Shown here piece by piece: positions 8,125 through 15,884 of a DNA stretch of 32,000 nt. The position numbers and the translations under genes were made by a program. This stretch comes from Ferroglobus placidus DSM 10642 (lineage in GTDB: Archaea > Halobacteriota > Archaeoglobi > Archaeoglobales > Archaeoglobaceae), in contig NC_013849.1 of NCBI RefSeq assembly GCF_000025505.1, positions 360,001 through 392,000 of the forward strand, read 5' to 3'. Positions within the stretch are counted from its first letter, which is position 1, and every line of letters begins with the position of its first letter. A model generated the notes under the pieces. That model saw only the letters and a list, made by a program, of their open reading frames with translations, searched no databases and had not been told where the DNA came from.

Positions 8125-8832
8125 ATGAGAAAAACTTGGAAGGCATTTGCGTTTGATTTCGATGGAACTCTCGTGGATAGTTATTCATGCTTACCAGCGA
8201 TTTATAGATCAATCGCAAAGCAGATCGGCTTACCTAGGGAAATGATTGGTAGATTCGTTAAAAAAGCAATAGAATACGAGGATATGCATGACTATCTCGG
8301 AAACTATGACAGAAAAACATGGTGGCCGGACCTTTTTGCTGAGTTTGATATAAAACATGAGGAGGAATTTCTTGATAAATTACTTAAAAAGTTCTGGGAA
8401 ATGCGGGCCGAAAAAAGTACCGTTATCGAAGGATGTACAGAAGTGCTGGAAGTTCTTAAAAATAAAGGTTTTGTCTTGGTGATTATTGCTGGAAACGATG
8501 GACAAAAAAGTATAAAGAGAATGAGAATTGAAAAAAGCGGATTAGCAAAATATTTTGATAATATCTTAATTGTCGGTGAGGATGTAAGGACTCGTGTTGA
8601 AGCAATTGAATTCGTGGCAAGGAATTATAAGCTGGATTTTAATGAGATTGTATTTGTTGACGACAAACCCTCGCCGATAAATGAGGTAAAAGCTGCAGTA
8701 AAGGAAATCGTAACAGTCAAAGTAGAATTTGAGGGTATTCTAAAACTTGCTTGGAAAGAGAAATGCAAAACGGATTTTGTAATAAACCATATAAAGAACC
8801 TTTTGGAAGTTTGTGAATTATCGTTACTTTAA
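8125..8832 (+). CDS. HAD-superfamily hydrolase/phosphatase
   Basis: Motif I is FDFDGTLVDS (DxDxT). The late motif is IVFVDDKP. It starts 13 nt after the toroid gene, with the same AT-rich composition. Confidence 0.8.
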   Translation: MRKTWKAFAFDFDGTLVDSYSCLPAIYRSIAKQIGLPREMIGRFVKKAIEYEDMHDYLGNYDRKTWWPDLFAEFDIKHEEEFLDKLLKKFWEMRAEKSTVIEGCTEVLEVLKNKGFVLVIIAGNDGQKSIKRMRIEKSGLAKYFDNILIVGEDVRTRVEAIEFVARNYKLDFNEIVFVDDKPSPINEVKAAVKEIVTVKVEFEGILKLAWKEKCKTDFVINHIKNLLEVCELSLL

Positions 8833-9042
8833 ACAGAAAAATTCGTTCATGACTCGAGTAATAGCTCTGTAGGGGGAAGGAGGAGGCTTTTGAGAGTGGC
8901 GCACCAGTTCGGCCCAACAAGCACCGAATACCTGAAAAAGCTGAGGGAAAGCTGCTTGAAAAAATTTTCATAGCTCTTCTGTGTATTGTTATTCATATAA
9001 CAACCATCAACTTTTTTAAAGGTTGTTACACAAATAACAACA

Positions 9043-9672
9043 ATGAAAAAGTTCACGAAATACGTGCTCGCGGAATTCGGAGGGAAGGTGATAACAAGAG
9101 AAGAATTTGAGAAAGCCTGTAGAAGGTTTGGAGAAAATACTGAAAGAGCGGTAAACTTCATGATATCATACGGTTATCTTGTAAGAATTCTGCGAGGGCT
9201 TTATTACGTGAAAACTCCCGAAGAGTTCAGCATGGGAAAAAGCGTCGATACATTGAAAATAATCTCTCTCGGAATGAACAGGTTGGGAGTAGAGTGGTAT
9301 TTCGGTCTGAATACTGCTCTCAGGCTCAACGGAGTTACGCACGAGTTTTCTCCGGTGATACACGTGATCAGCGATTCCATCTACAGGCCGAAGACAATAG
9401 AGATCAACAGAGAGGATGTAAAGTTCATAAAGCTGAAAAAGAATCTCTTCGGTTTTGGAGTTGTTGAGAAAAATTCGATGAAATACTCGGATCTTGAGAA
9501 AACACTCCTCGACATGGTTTATCTCTCGAGATACCGATCTACGCCCGAGGAAAGGATTGTGGCAACCCTGATAGAATACGGAAAGAAAGCCAGAAAGAAA
9601 AAGCTTGCTGAATATCTAAAGCGCTATCCGAAAAGTGTTGAGAGAGTGGTGAAAAATGCCGGACTTGTCTGA
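9043..9672 (+). CDS. abiEi: AbiEi-like antitoxin/transcriptional regulator (type IV TA)
   Basis: 209 aa with an N-terminal wHTH and an RGLYYV motif. It overlaps and precedes an AbiEii-type gene, which is the canonical arrangement. Confidence 0.7.
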   Translation: MKKFTKYVLAEFGGKVITREEFEKACRRFGENTERAVNFMISYGYLVRILRGLYYVKTPEEFSMGKSVDTLKIISLGMNRLGVEWYFGLNTALRLNGVTHEFSPVIHVISDSIYRPKTIEINREDVKFIKLKKNLFGFGVVEKNSMKYSDLEKTLLDMVYLSRYRSTPEERIVATLIEYGKKARKKKLAEYLKRYPKSVERVVKNAGLV

Positions 9673-10567
9673 GTTTGTTGCTTTCGTGGCCGAGAAATCG
9701 GGAATTCGGAAACCATCTCTAATAGAGAAAGACATTCTCATCCACAGAATTTTAAAGGGAATAAAAGAGAATTTCGGAGACAGCTACCTTTTCAAGGGTG
9801 GTAGCTGTATTGTGAAGTGCTACTTTGGCTATTACCGTTTCAGTGTGGATCTGGATTTCACATGGAGGGAGCAGGAAAAATGGAAAAGTCTCGGAAAGAG
9901 AAGGCTCAGAAAAGAGCTTGTCGCTCACGCCGGAAAATTCGCCTCGGTTCTTGAGAGTATTTCAGGTGAGACGGAGCTTGATTTCAGATGCGATCTGAAA
10001 AATACAAACTACGTTGAGTTCGGCAGCGGGAGCAGGATGGTGACATTCAAGCTCTGGAAGGACGGAGAGCTCATAAAGGTTCAGGTAAATTTTGTTGAGG
10101 AACTGCTTTTTCCTCATGAAAACAGAATCGCAGAAACGCTTCTTTCCGGGAAGAGGCTGAAAAGGGATGAAATGGCATACTTTCAGGACTTTCTTGATTT
10201 TTACACACCCTTTAAAGTCGCATGCTACAGTCTTAAGGAGATTCTCTGCGAGAAGATACGTGCGCTTCTAACGCGGCAGGCTTTCAAGCTCAGGGATGTT
10301 TACGATGTTTTCATGATCGAAAAAGCGGGAATGAAGGTTGAGAATTTCAGGGAGGAAATCATGAAAAAGATCGTGGCTGCCATGAAGTTTGAGAGATACA
10401 GAAAATCAGTGGAGAGGAGTGCTGAAAGCATCGAGCTTGAAAGTGTGATAAGCGATCCCTACGAACTCGAGATATTTATTTCAAAACCTGAAAGTGAGTT
10501 TTTCTCCTTTGCGAAGAAACTGGAAAATTTTCTTAGGGAAATTGCAACTAGTGCAGTAAAACTTTAA
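9656..10567 (+). CDS. abiEii: AbiEii/AbiGii (DUF1814) nucleotidyltransferase toxin
   Basis: LIEKDILIHRILKGI...YLFKGGSCIVKCYFGYYRFSVDLDFTW is the family-defining N-terminal signature (FKGG..RFS.DLDF). Confidence 0.85.
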   Translation: MPDLSEFVAFVAEKSGIRKPSLIEKDILIHRILKGIKENFGDSYLFKGGSCIVKCYFGYYRFSVDLDFTWREQEKWKSLGKRRLRKELVAHAGKFASVLESISGETELDFRCDLKNTNYVEFGSGSRMVTFKLWKDGELIKVQVNFVEELLFPHENRIAETLLSGKRLKRDEMAYFQDFLDFYTPFKVACYSLKEILCEKIRALLTRQAFKLRDVYDVFMIEKAGMKVENFREEIMKKIVAAMKFERYRKSVERSAESIELESVISDPYELEIFISKPESEFFSFAKKLENFLREIATSAVKL

Positions 10568-10622
10568 ATATCAGTTTTTCATAATTAGATTTTGTAATTT
10601 TGCATCTTGCTGTGTGGGGAAA

Positions 10623-10683
10623 GGGGCTCTGTTGAGCGTCATTTCAGTTCGGCCTGGGCGCCAATTGCATTTTACAGAGCCTC
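10623..10683. promoter_or_regulatory. 10-bp-stem inverted repeat enclosing a 41-nt loop immediately upstream of the integrase
   Basis: GGGGCTCTGT (10623-10632) pairs with ACAGAGCCTC (10674-10683): 9 Watson-Crick pairs plus 1 G-T. Confidence 0.4.
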
Positions 10684-10692
10684 CCCCAATTT

Positions 10693-11904
10693 ATGAGGGT
10701 GGAGAGAGTATCTGAAGATATGGATGATATACACGCATACAGAAAACGCTACGAGATCGCAATCAGACTTCTTAAGAACTCGAATATCTCGGAAAGAAAT
10801 AAAGAGATCATTGAAAAATTCTGCAATGACTGCTTTGCTCAGGGAATAACAGCTGGAAGGGTGCAGAAATACGCATTTATTCTGAGAAAGGTTGCAGAAT
10901 GGCTGGGAAAAGATTTTGACAATATTATAGAGGACGATCTCAAGAGAGTTATTGCGATAATAAACACGTCTCCATTCACAGAATGGACAAAACACGATTA
11001 CAGGCGTTCGATAAAGAAGTTCTTCAAATGGCTGGGAAAGGAGGAGTTAGTCTCCTGGATAAAGTGCAGAGGACCAAAAAACAGAAAGCTTCCTGAGGAA
11101 ATTCTTACTGAGGATGATATAAAGAAGATGATAGACGTTGCCCAGAATTCTAGGGACAGGGCAATTATTTCTGTTCTCTACGAATCAGGATGCAGGGCAG
11201 GAGAGTTTCTCTCGATGAGAATGAAAAACGTTTCCTTTGACAGATACGGAGCTGTAATCATAGTTCACGGAAAAACAGGATACAGGAGAATAAGGCTTGT
11301 TTCCTCTTCTCCATATCTTGCGGAGTGGATAAACATGCATCCTTTCAGAGAAAATCCAGAGGCATGGCTCTGGATCTCGACAAAAACCTTCAGGAGAATA
11401 CCCTACAATACCCTTCGCGCAATCCTGAGAAACATAGCAATAAAAGCCGGAATACGGAAAAAGGTTAATCCGCACGCTTTCAGGCACGCGAGGGCAACTC
11501 ATTTAGCGAAGTTCCTTACAGAAGCGCAGATGAAGGAGTTCTTTGGCTGGGTTCAGGACAGCGATATGGCTTCTGTATATGTGCATCTATCTGGGAGAGA
11601 TGTTGATAGAGCAATACTTCAGCTCTACGGAATGCAGGTTGAGGATGAAAGAGAGGAAAACGAAAAGCTCATGCCGAGGAAATGCATGCGCTGCGGCGAG
11701 ATAAATCCAGCAACGAATAAAGTTTGCAGAAGTTGTTATTTCCCTCTTGATGGAAATGCTGAAAGTTTTCTGGAAAAGGAAGTGAAAAGAGAAATAATCG
11801 ATGCTGTTATAGAAACGCTGTGGAACGACAGGGAGTTCAGGGAAACGTTCATGCGCAAAATCAAAGAGCTTGCTGAACAGTCAAGAATTGCTGTTTATAG
11901 CTAA
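10693..11904 (+). CDS. int: tyrosine recombinase/integrase (Xer/phage-integrase family) with C-terminal zinc ribbon
   Basis: Catalytic set: RAIISVLYESGCRAGE (R), HGKTGYRRIRL (K), NPHAFRHARATH (HxxR..H), ASVYVHLSG (Y). Extra C-terminal CMRCGEINPATNKVCRSC. The real start is possibly the internal Met at MDDIHAYRKRY. Confidence 0.9.
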   Translation: MRVERVSEDMDDIHAYRKRYEIAIRLLKNSNISERNKEIIEKFCNDCFAQGITAGRVQKYAFILRKVAEWLGKDFDNIIEDDLKRVIAIINTSPFTEWTKHDYRRSIKKFFKWLGKEELVSWIKCRGPKNRKLPEEILTEDDIKKMIDVAQNSRDRAIISVLYESGCRAGEFLSMRMKNVSFDRYGAVIIVHGKTGYRRIRLVSSSPYLAEWINMHPFRENPEAWLWISTKTFRRIPYNTLRAILRNIAIKAGIRKKVNPHAFRHARATHLAKFLTEAQMKEFFGWVQDSDMASVYVHLSGRDVDRAILQLYGMQVEDEREENEKLMPRKCMRCGEINPATNKVCRSCYFPLDGNAESFLEKEVKREIIDAVIETLWNDREFRETFMRKIKELAEQSRIAVYS

Positions 11905-11944
11905 AGACAGTTAAAAGAAACTAACAGGGATTGAAAAGTATAGT

Positions 11945-12160
11945 TCATTCTTTAGCTCTCTTTATAAATTCTTCTGCAAGCTCGCTGAAAACATCCTTTA
12001 CCCACTTTCTTTCCTCATCAAAGCTGCTCTTTTCTTCGAACTTATGTCCGTTCCTGCACCTGAAGATTCTTCTGAAAACTCCTTTGCTGAAATCGGGCTC
12101 GATGTTGCTAAGAATCGCATCCTCTCCGCAGAAAGGGCATTTCCTGAATATTCCGGGCAT
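11945..12160 (-). CDS. small zinc-ribbon protein
   Basis: MPGIFRKCPFCGEDAILSN..FRCRNGHKFEE (CxxC...CxxxH). The track ORF extends to 12214, but the ATG at 12160 gives a sensible N-terminus. Confidence 0.5.
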   Translation of the reverse strand: MPGIFRKCPFCGEDAILSNIEPDFSKGVFRRIFRCRNGHKFEEKSSFDEERKWVKDVFSELAEEFIKRAKE

Positions 12161-12258
12161 GATCCTATTTCTTGTAATGCATGAAGAAAAATAGAAAGAG
12201 AGAAATTCTTGCAAACTCGGGAATAATGGTTATAAATTTACAGTTTTTTAGTGTTTTT

Positions 12259-13179
12259 ATGATTCCAGAAACCGAGATAAACAGCTTTATAAATACAATA
12301 CTTTCTGAAAGACCCTTTTTGAACACCTTTAAAATACCAACTTTACAGATTTATCATAAAGGTGGGTTAATAAAGCTAGGTACTCGCTCAGTGTATGTTG
12401 ATTTTCCACGAGGAGTTTATGAATTGCAAAGATTTTTACTAGAACTCTGTAATCGTGTAATAGAGTCAGCAGGTCATGATTATCAAAATGGAACAGAGAT
12501 GATAAAATCGCAAAAAGCCGATCCAAAGAGCGATATAAATTTTCTAACATCCATTCTTGAAAAATTTAGGATCAAGTGGAGTATAACTTTTCTTCCATAT
12601 TATAAGAAGCCAGTCATCAAATTCTATGTAAATGGATATTTCAAGTCACTCTGGCCATTCAAACTAAAATCGTTCGTTGAAGAACTCAACCAAGGAAGAG
12701 ATAGTCCCAAGGAAATTTACGAAAAAGCTAGGACACTCACACCCGAATTTTTGAGGGTATCTGAAGCTGCAAAAAGAGAGACACTTTCAAAAATACCATC
12801 TTGCTTTGAGCTGCTGTTTAATTCCAGTCTCAGCCCATACTCTGAAATTCAGGGATTGGTAAAGCTCATGGAGAGATTGTACAGGATAGCTGAAAAAGTA
12901 GAAGACATGTTATTCCAATACCTTATTCTAGAATCTATTGCGGATTTAAAAACATCCCTGCATAACCTCATGAGAGTACTTGAAAGTGGCTATGCATTTG
13001 GATGCTATCCTCTACTAAGAAAATTTTTGACAAGCTTTTCATATGCTATTTTTCTGCATTCTTTTTACATGTATATGCAGGAGCACAAAACTCCAGAAGA
13101 ATTATACGAAAGTGATAAGGAAGATTTAAGAGAAGCTCTCTTGAACTATGCCGCAAATTTTCTTCAGAATGGAAACTGA
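12259..13179 (+). CDS. hypothetical protein (N-terminal part of a probably split gene)
   Basis: AT-rich. A TATA-like TTATAAAT at 12230-12237 lies about 22 nt upstream of the ATG at 12259, consistent with a leaderless-type start. The track ORF begins at 12181, inside the divergent promoter. The C-terminal third is helical. No confident family. Confidence 0.55.
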   Translation: MIPETEINSFINTILSERPFLNTFKIPTLQIYHKGGLIKLGTRSVYVDFPRGVYELQRFLLELCNRVIESAGHDYQNGTEMIKSQKADPKSDINFLTSILEKFRIKWSITFLPYYKKPVIKFYVNGYFKSLWPFKLKSFVEELNQGRDSPKEIYEKARTLTPEFLRVSEAAKRETLSKIPSCFELLFNSSLSPYSEIQGLVKLMERLYRIAEKVEDMLFQYLILESIADLKTSLHNLMRVLESGYAFGCYPLLRKFLTSFSYAIFLHSFYMYMQEHKTPEELYESDKEDLREALLNYAANFLQNGN

Positions 13180-13199
13180 TTCAGTCTTATACTTATTTT

Positions 13200-13604
13200 G
13201 TGCTGGTGAAAAGCATAGAACCTATTTCCAAAGAGAAAATTCTACCAATCCAGGATTTAAGGACGTTTTTCAATGTTAGAGAAAAGATTCTGAAAGAAGA
13301 CCGTGTAATTCAGCCTAGGGATAAGTTCCTAATAGAACTTTTAGATCTTCTAGCTGTGAAACCTGCAAATGTTTTCGAAATTAACGATATAAACACTATA
13401 AACATTAGAAGTAAGGAAATTTGGGAGGAATACAAGAAACTAAGCGAAGTTGTTCATACGCCAATATTCATTGATTTTCCTCCGTTTTCATCAATTCTCG
13501 AGTACATAGGAATTGTTCATCATTTGAGGAAAGTAAGATACAATCTTGAGAAAGTGATAACCAACTATAGTAAGCTAATAAAAAGAAAGAAAAGAAAACA
13601 ATAA
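13200..13604 (+). CDS. hypothetical protein (probable C-terminal part of the split gene)
   Basis: Starts only at a GTG with no RBS. Its frame is open upstream to 13119, overlapping the end of 12259..13179. Contains YKKLSEVVHTP. Lys-rich tail. Confidence 0.45.
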   Translation: MLVKSIEPISKEKILPIQDLRTFFNVREKILKEDRVIQPRDKFLIELLDLLAVKPANVFEINDINTINIRSKEIWEEYKKLSEVVHTPIFIDFPPFSSILEYIGIVHHLRKVRYNLEKVITNYSKLIKRKKRKQ

Positions 13605-13609
13605 TTTAT

Positions 13610-13909
13610 TTACCTTCTCTCAATTTTAAACCTCAGAAGTCCTTCAAATCCCAGAGCTAGCACCTCCGCTCTGAACTTCTCGTTCTCATACGTTTCCGAG
13701 TTGAAGGTGTGTGGTATCGTTCTGTATTCTCCGAAAAGGTCTTTCAGCACGTCTTTGACGGAGTTCCCTACCTCACTGAAAGACAGCTCACCAATTCTGT
13801 ATCTCTCTCCGTTCAGCTCGATTTCACCCCGGTCTATGTCATAGACTATCCGTACCTCCCTGTTTTTTCCGATATAATCTCTGAGCAAATTTTTCAGCTC
13901 CATGATCAT
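13610..13909 (-). CDS. hypothetical protein
   Basis: 99-aa track ORF with host-like codon usage, divergent from the protease gene. No motif recognised. Confidence 0.5.
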   Translation of the reverse strand: MIMELKNLLRDYIGKNREVRIVYDIDRGEIELNGERYRIGELSFSEVGNSVKDVLKDLFGEYRTIPHTFNSETYENEKFRAEVLALGFEGLLRFKIERR

Positions 13910-14025
13910 TTTCCTGTTCGAATTCGCTTATAACGGAAAGGAGAGTGGATTGCAAAATTGCAAAGCAAATTTTGTCAGCAATAAAAATTTTAAATTTTCC
14001 TTCATAATCTCATGAGGTGACCGGT

Positions 14026-14724
14026 ATGAAGAGAATTTTGCTGGCCCTGCTGCTGGTAGTCTTTGCCATTTCTATCGCGCATGCAGCGAGCAAGCCACAG
14101 CTGGAGAAAATAACGTTTGTTCACTACATTAAGGGCTCTCAGGGAAAACCAACATGGGATGAGAACGTAACGGATTACAAGCTAATTGCAGGAGGGATAA
14201 AGTGGAAGAGTCTGCCAATAAGGTACAGCATTTCACTGCATGGAAAACCGAGCAATCTCGATAACAACTTTGTTATCAGCGCGATAAATAACGCCTCGGA
14301 AACCTGGGATGAATATGTAGATGCGAACCTCTACGAGATGCAGAGCATAACAAACGAGCCTGTCATCTCCGGAGACGGCAATAACACGGTCGGCTGGGGT
14401 GTGCTTCCTGAAAATGTTATTGCCGTGACACATCTCTGGTACAATCCGGCAACAAAGGAAATAGTCGAGTTTGACATAGTTTTCAACACGCTCTATAAAT
14501 GGGGTAACGCGGATCCAGATAATGATGGAATAGCTGACAACCCTGACGTTATGGATCTGCAAAATATCGCAACTCATGAATTCGGCCACAACGGTCTTGA
14601 CGATCTAAGACCTCCGAAGGATTCGGAGCTGACGATGTACTACAAAAGCGATTACGGAGAGATAAAGAAGAGAACGCTTGGCATTGGAGACATTCTCGGA
14701 ATTCAGAAACTTTACGGTAGTTAG
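14026..14724 (+). CDS. secreted zinc metalloprotease (metzincin, matrixin/snapalysin-like)
   Basis: SD GAGGTGA at 14014-14020 and ATG at 14026. Signal peptide MKRILLALLLVVFAISIAHA. Zinc site HEFGHNGLDD (HExxHxxGxxD), followed by a Met-turn candidate SELTMYY. Confidence 0.8.
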   Translation: MKRILLALLLVVFAISIAHAASKPQLEKITFVHYIKGSQGKPTWDENVTDYKLIAGGIKWKSLPIRYSISLHGKPSNLDNNFVISAINNASETWDEYVDANLYEMQSITNEPVISGDGNNTVGWGVLPENVIAVTHLWYNPATKEIVEFDIVFNTLYKWGNADPDNDGIADNPDVMDLQNIATHEFGHNGLDDLRPPKDSELTMYYKSDYGEIKKRTLGIGDILGIQKLYGS

Positions 14725-14727
14725 TAA

Positions 14728-14754
14728 TTTTTTAACCCGATTTTTTATTTCTTT
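14728..14754 (+). terminator. oligo-T archaeal terminator candidate
   Basis: Two T6 runs (14728-14733, 14741-14746) lie directly after the protease stop codon. Confidence 0.4.
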
Positions 14755-14806
14755 GCAGCTCACTGCCTCTTCACAGTATTATTCTGTTTTCAAAAACAAG
14801 AAAAAC

Positions 14807-15364
14807 ATGGATATCATGAAACTCGCCCGCTTTCTCGAGGAAATGCAGTATTTTCCAGAGAACATATCCTTCAGGGATGACTGGCTGGGATGGAAGCTGG
14901 TGTACTGCGATGCGCTTCTCTACATGCACGAGAGCCAGAAAGATGTTGTGAAAAATCTTGCAAAACATGCAGCTGAGCACGAGAACCACAAGCTCGTTTT
15001 CAGAACATCGGGAAACGTATTCTGTGATTACGTCTATCTCTTCGTGAACGACAGCGAAAATCCAGAGCTACCGTATTTCATGCTGAACAGAAATGAGATT
15101 TTCGAGTATTACGATGACTTTCTCGAAAGACTTTCTATTAAGGGAAACAGCATCGTGTTCAGAACGGATAGCGGGATTTACAGGTTTGACGATTATGAAT
15201 GGCTAATCGAGGAATATGGAGATGATGCCCGTGACGTCTTTCTGGAAGAGGAGTTCTGGCGCTACATCTATTCAGGACACTTTGATCCGCTTCCGCTCAC
15301 GGAGGAAGTGGATGTGTGGAGAAGGAAGGTAATTAGAGTTCACAGGGATGTGCCAAGAGTTTGA
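14807..15364 (+). CDS. hypothetical acidic protein
   Basis: The ATG at 14807 (MDIMKLARFLEEM..) is in frame with track ORF 14678..15364. The upstream part of that ORF overlaps the terminator region. No motif recognised. Confidence 0.55.
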   Translation: MDIMKLARFLEEMQYFPENISFRDDWLGWKLVYCDALLYMHESQKDVVKNLAKHAAEHENHKLVFRTSGNVFCDYVYLFVNDSENPELPYFMLNRNEIFEYYDDFLERLSIKGNSIVFRTDSGIYRFDDYEWLIEEYGDDARDVFLEEEFWRYIYSGHFDPLPLTEEVDVWRRKVIRVHRDVPRV

Positions 15365-15483
15365 TCGTTTCTTCCCTTCTTAGCATTTTTCAGCAAGTTT
15401 ATCTCTTTTCAGGATGAGCTGACGGTTTTCTGCAATTTTCTCTCCCTTCCTGTTTTTCTTTCAGCTCACACAGGATAAAAAAC

Positions 15484-15699
15484 ATGAAAGCAAATCCGTT
15501 TTCCGCACTTAGAAGAATGAGCACGGAAGCAGCTGTTTTTGCAGCAATAACACTGCTTCTCTCCACTCTTGCTGTGATGCAGGCACTTGCTGGAAATCTC
15601 ATAAATGCCATGCAACTCGAGATATTTGCTCTTCTCTCCCTTCAGCTATACCATTTCGAGATAACGAAGAGCATGATTAGAAGGGTGAGAAAGGAATGA
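15484..15699 (+). CDS. small membrane protein (1 TM)
   Basis: 71 aa with TM segment AAVFAAITLLLSTLAVMQALAG. Its stop overlaps the next start (ATGA at 15696). Confidence 0.55.
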   Translation: MKANPFSALRRMSTEAAVFAAITLLLSTLAVMQALAGNLINAMQLEIFALLSLQLYHFEITKSMIRRVRKE

Positions 15700-15884
15700 A
15701 GGCACTTCTTGCATTTGCCACGGGCCTTTTCCTCGGATTCATTGCAAGAACACTCGCAAGAAGTTTTAAAGGCACGGTGCTTTTGCTTGCCGCCATTATA
15801 GCTGTTACAGGGATACTCACAGAGAGAACAGAGCTGAGCCTGATAAGCATCCCCCTGATGCTCCTCGCGAGAAAGGGTGGTTGA
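15696..15884 (+). CDS. small membrane protein (2 TM)
   Basis: 62 aa with ALLAFATGLFLGFIARTLA and VLLLAAIIAVTGILT. Translationally coupled on both sides. Confidence 0.55.
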   Translation: MKALLAFATGLFLGFIARTLARSFKGTVLLLAAIIAVTGILTERTELSLISIPLMLLARKGG

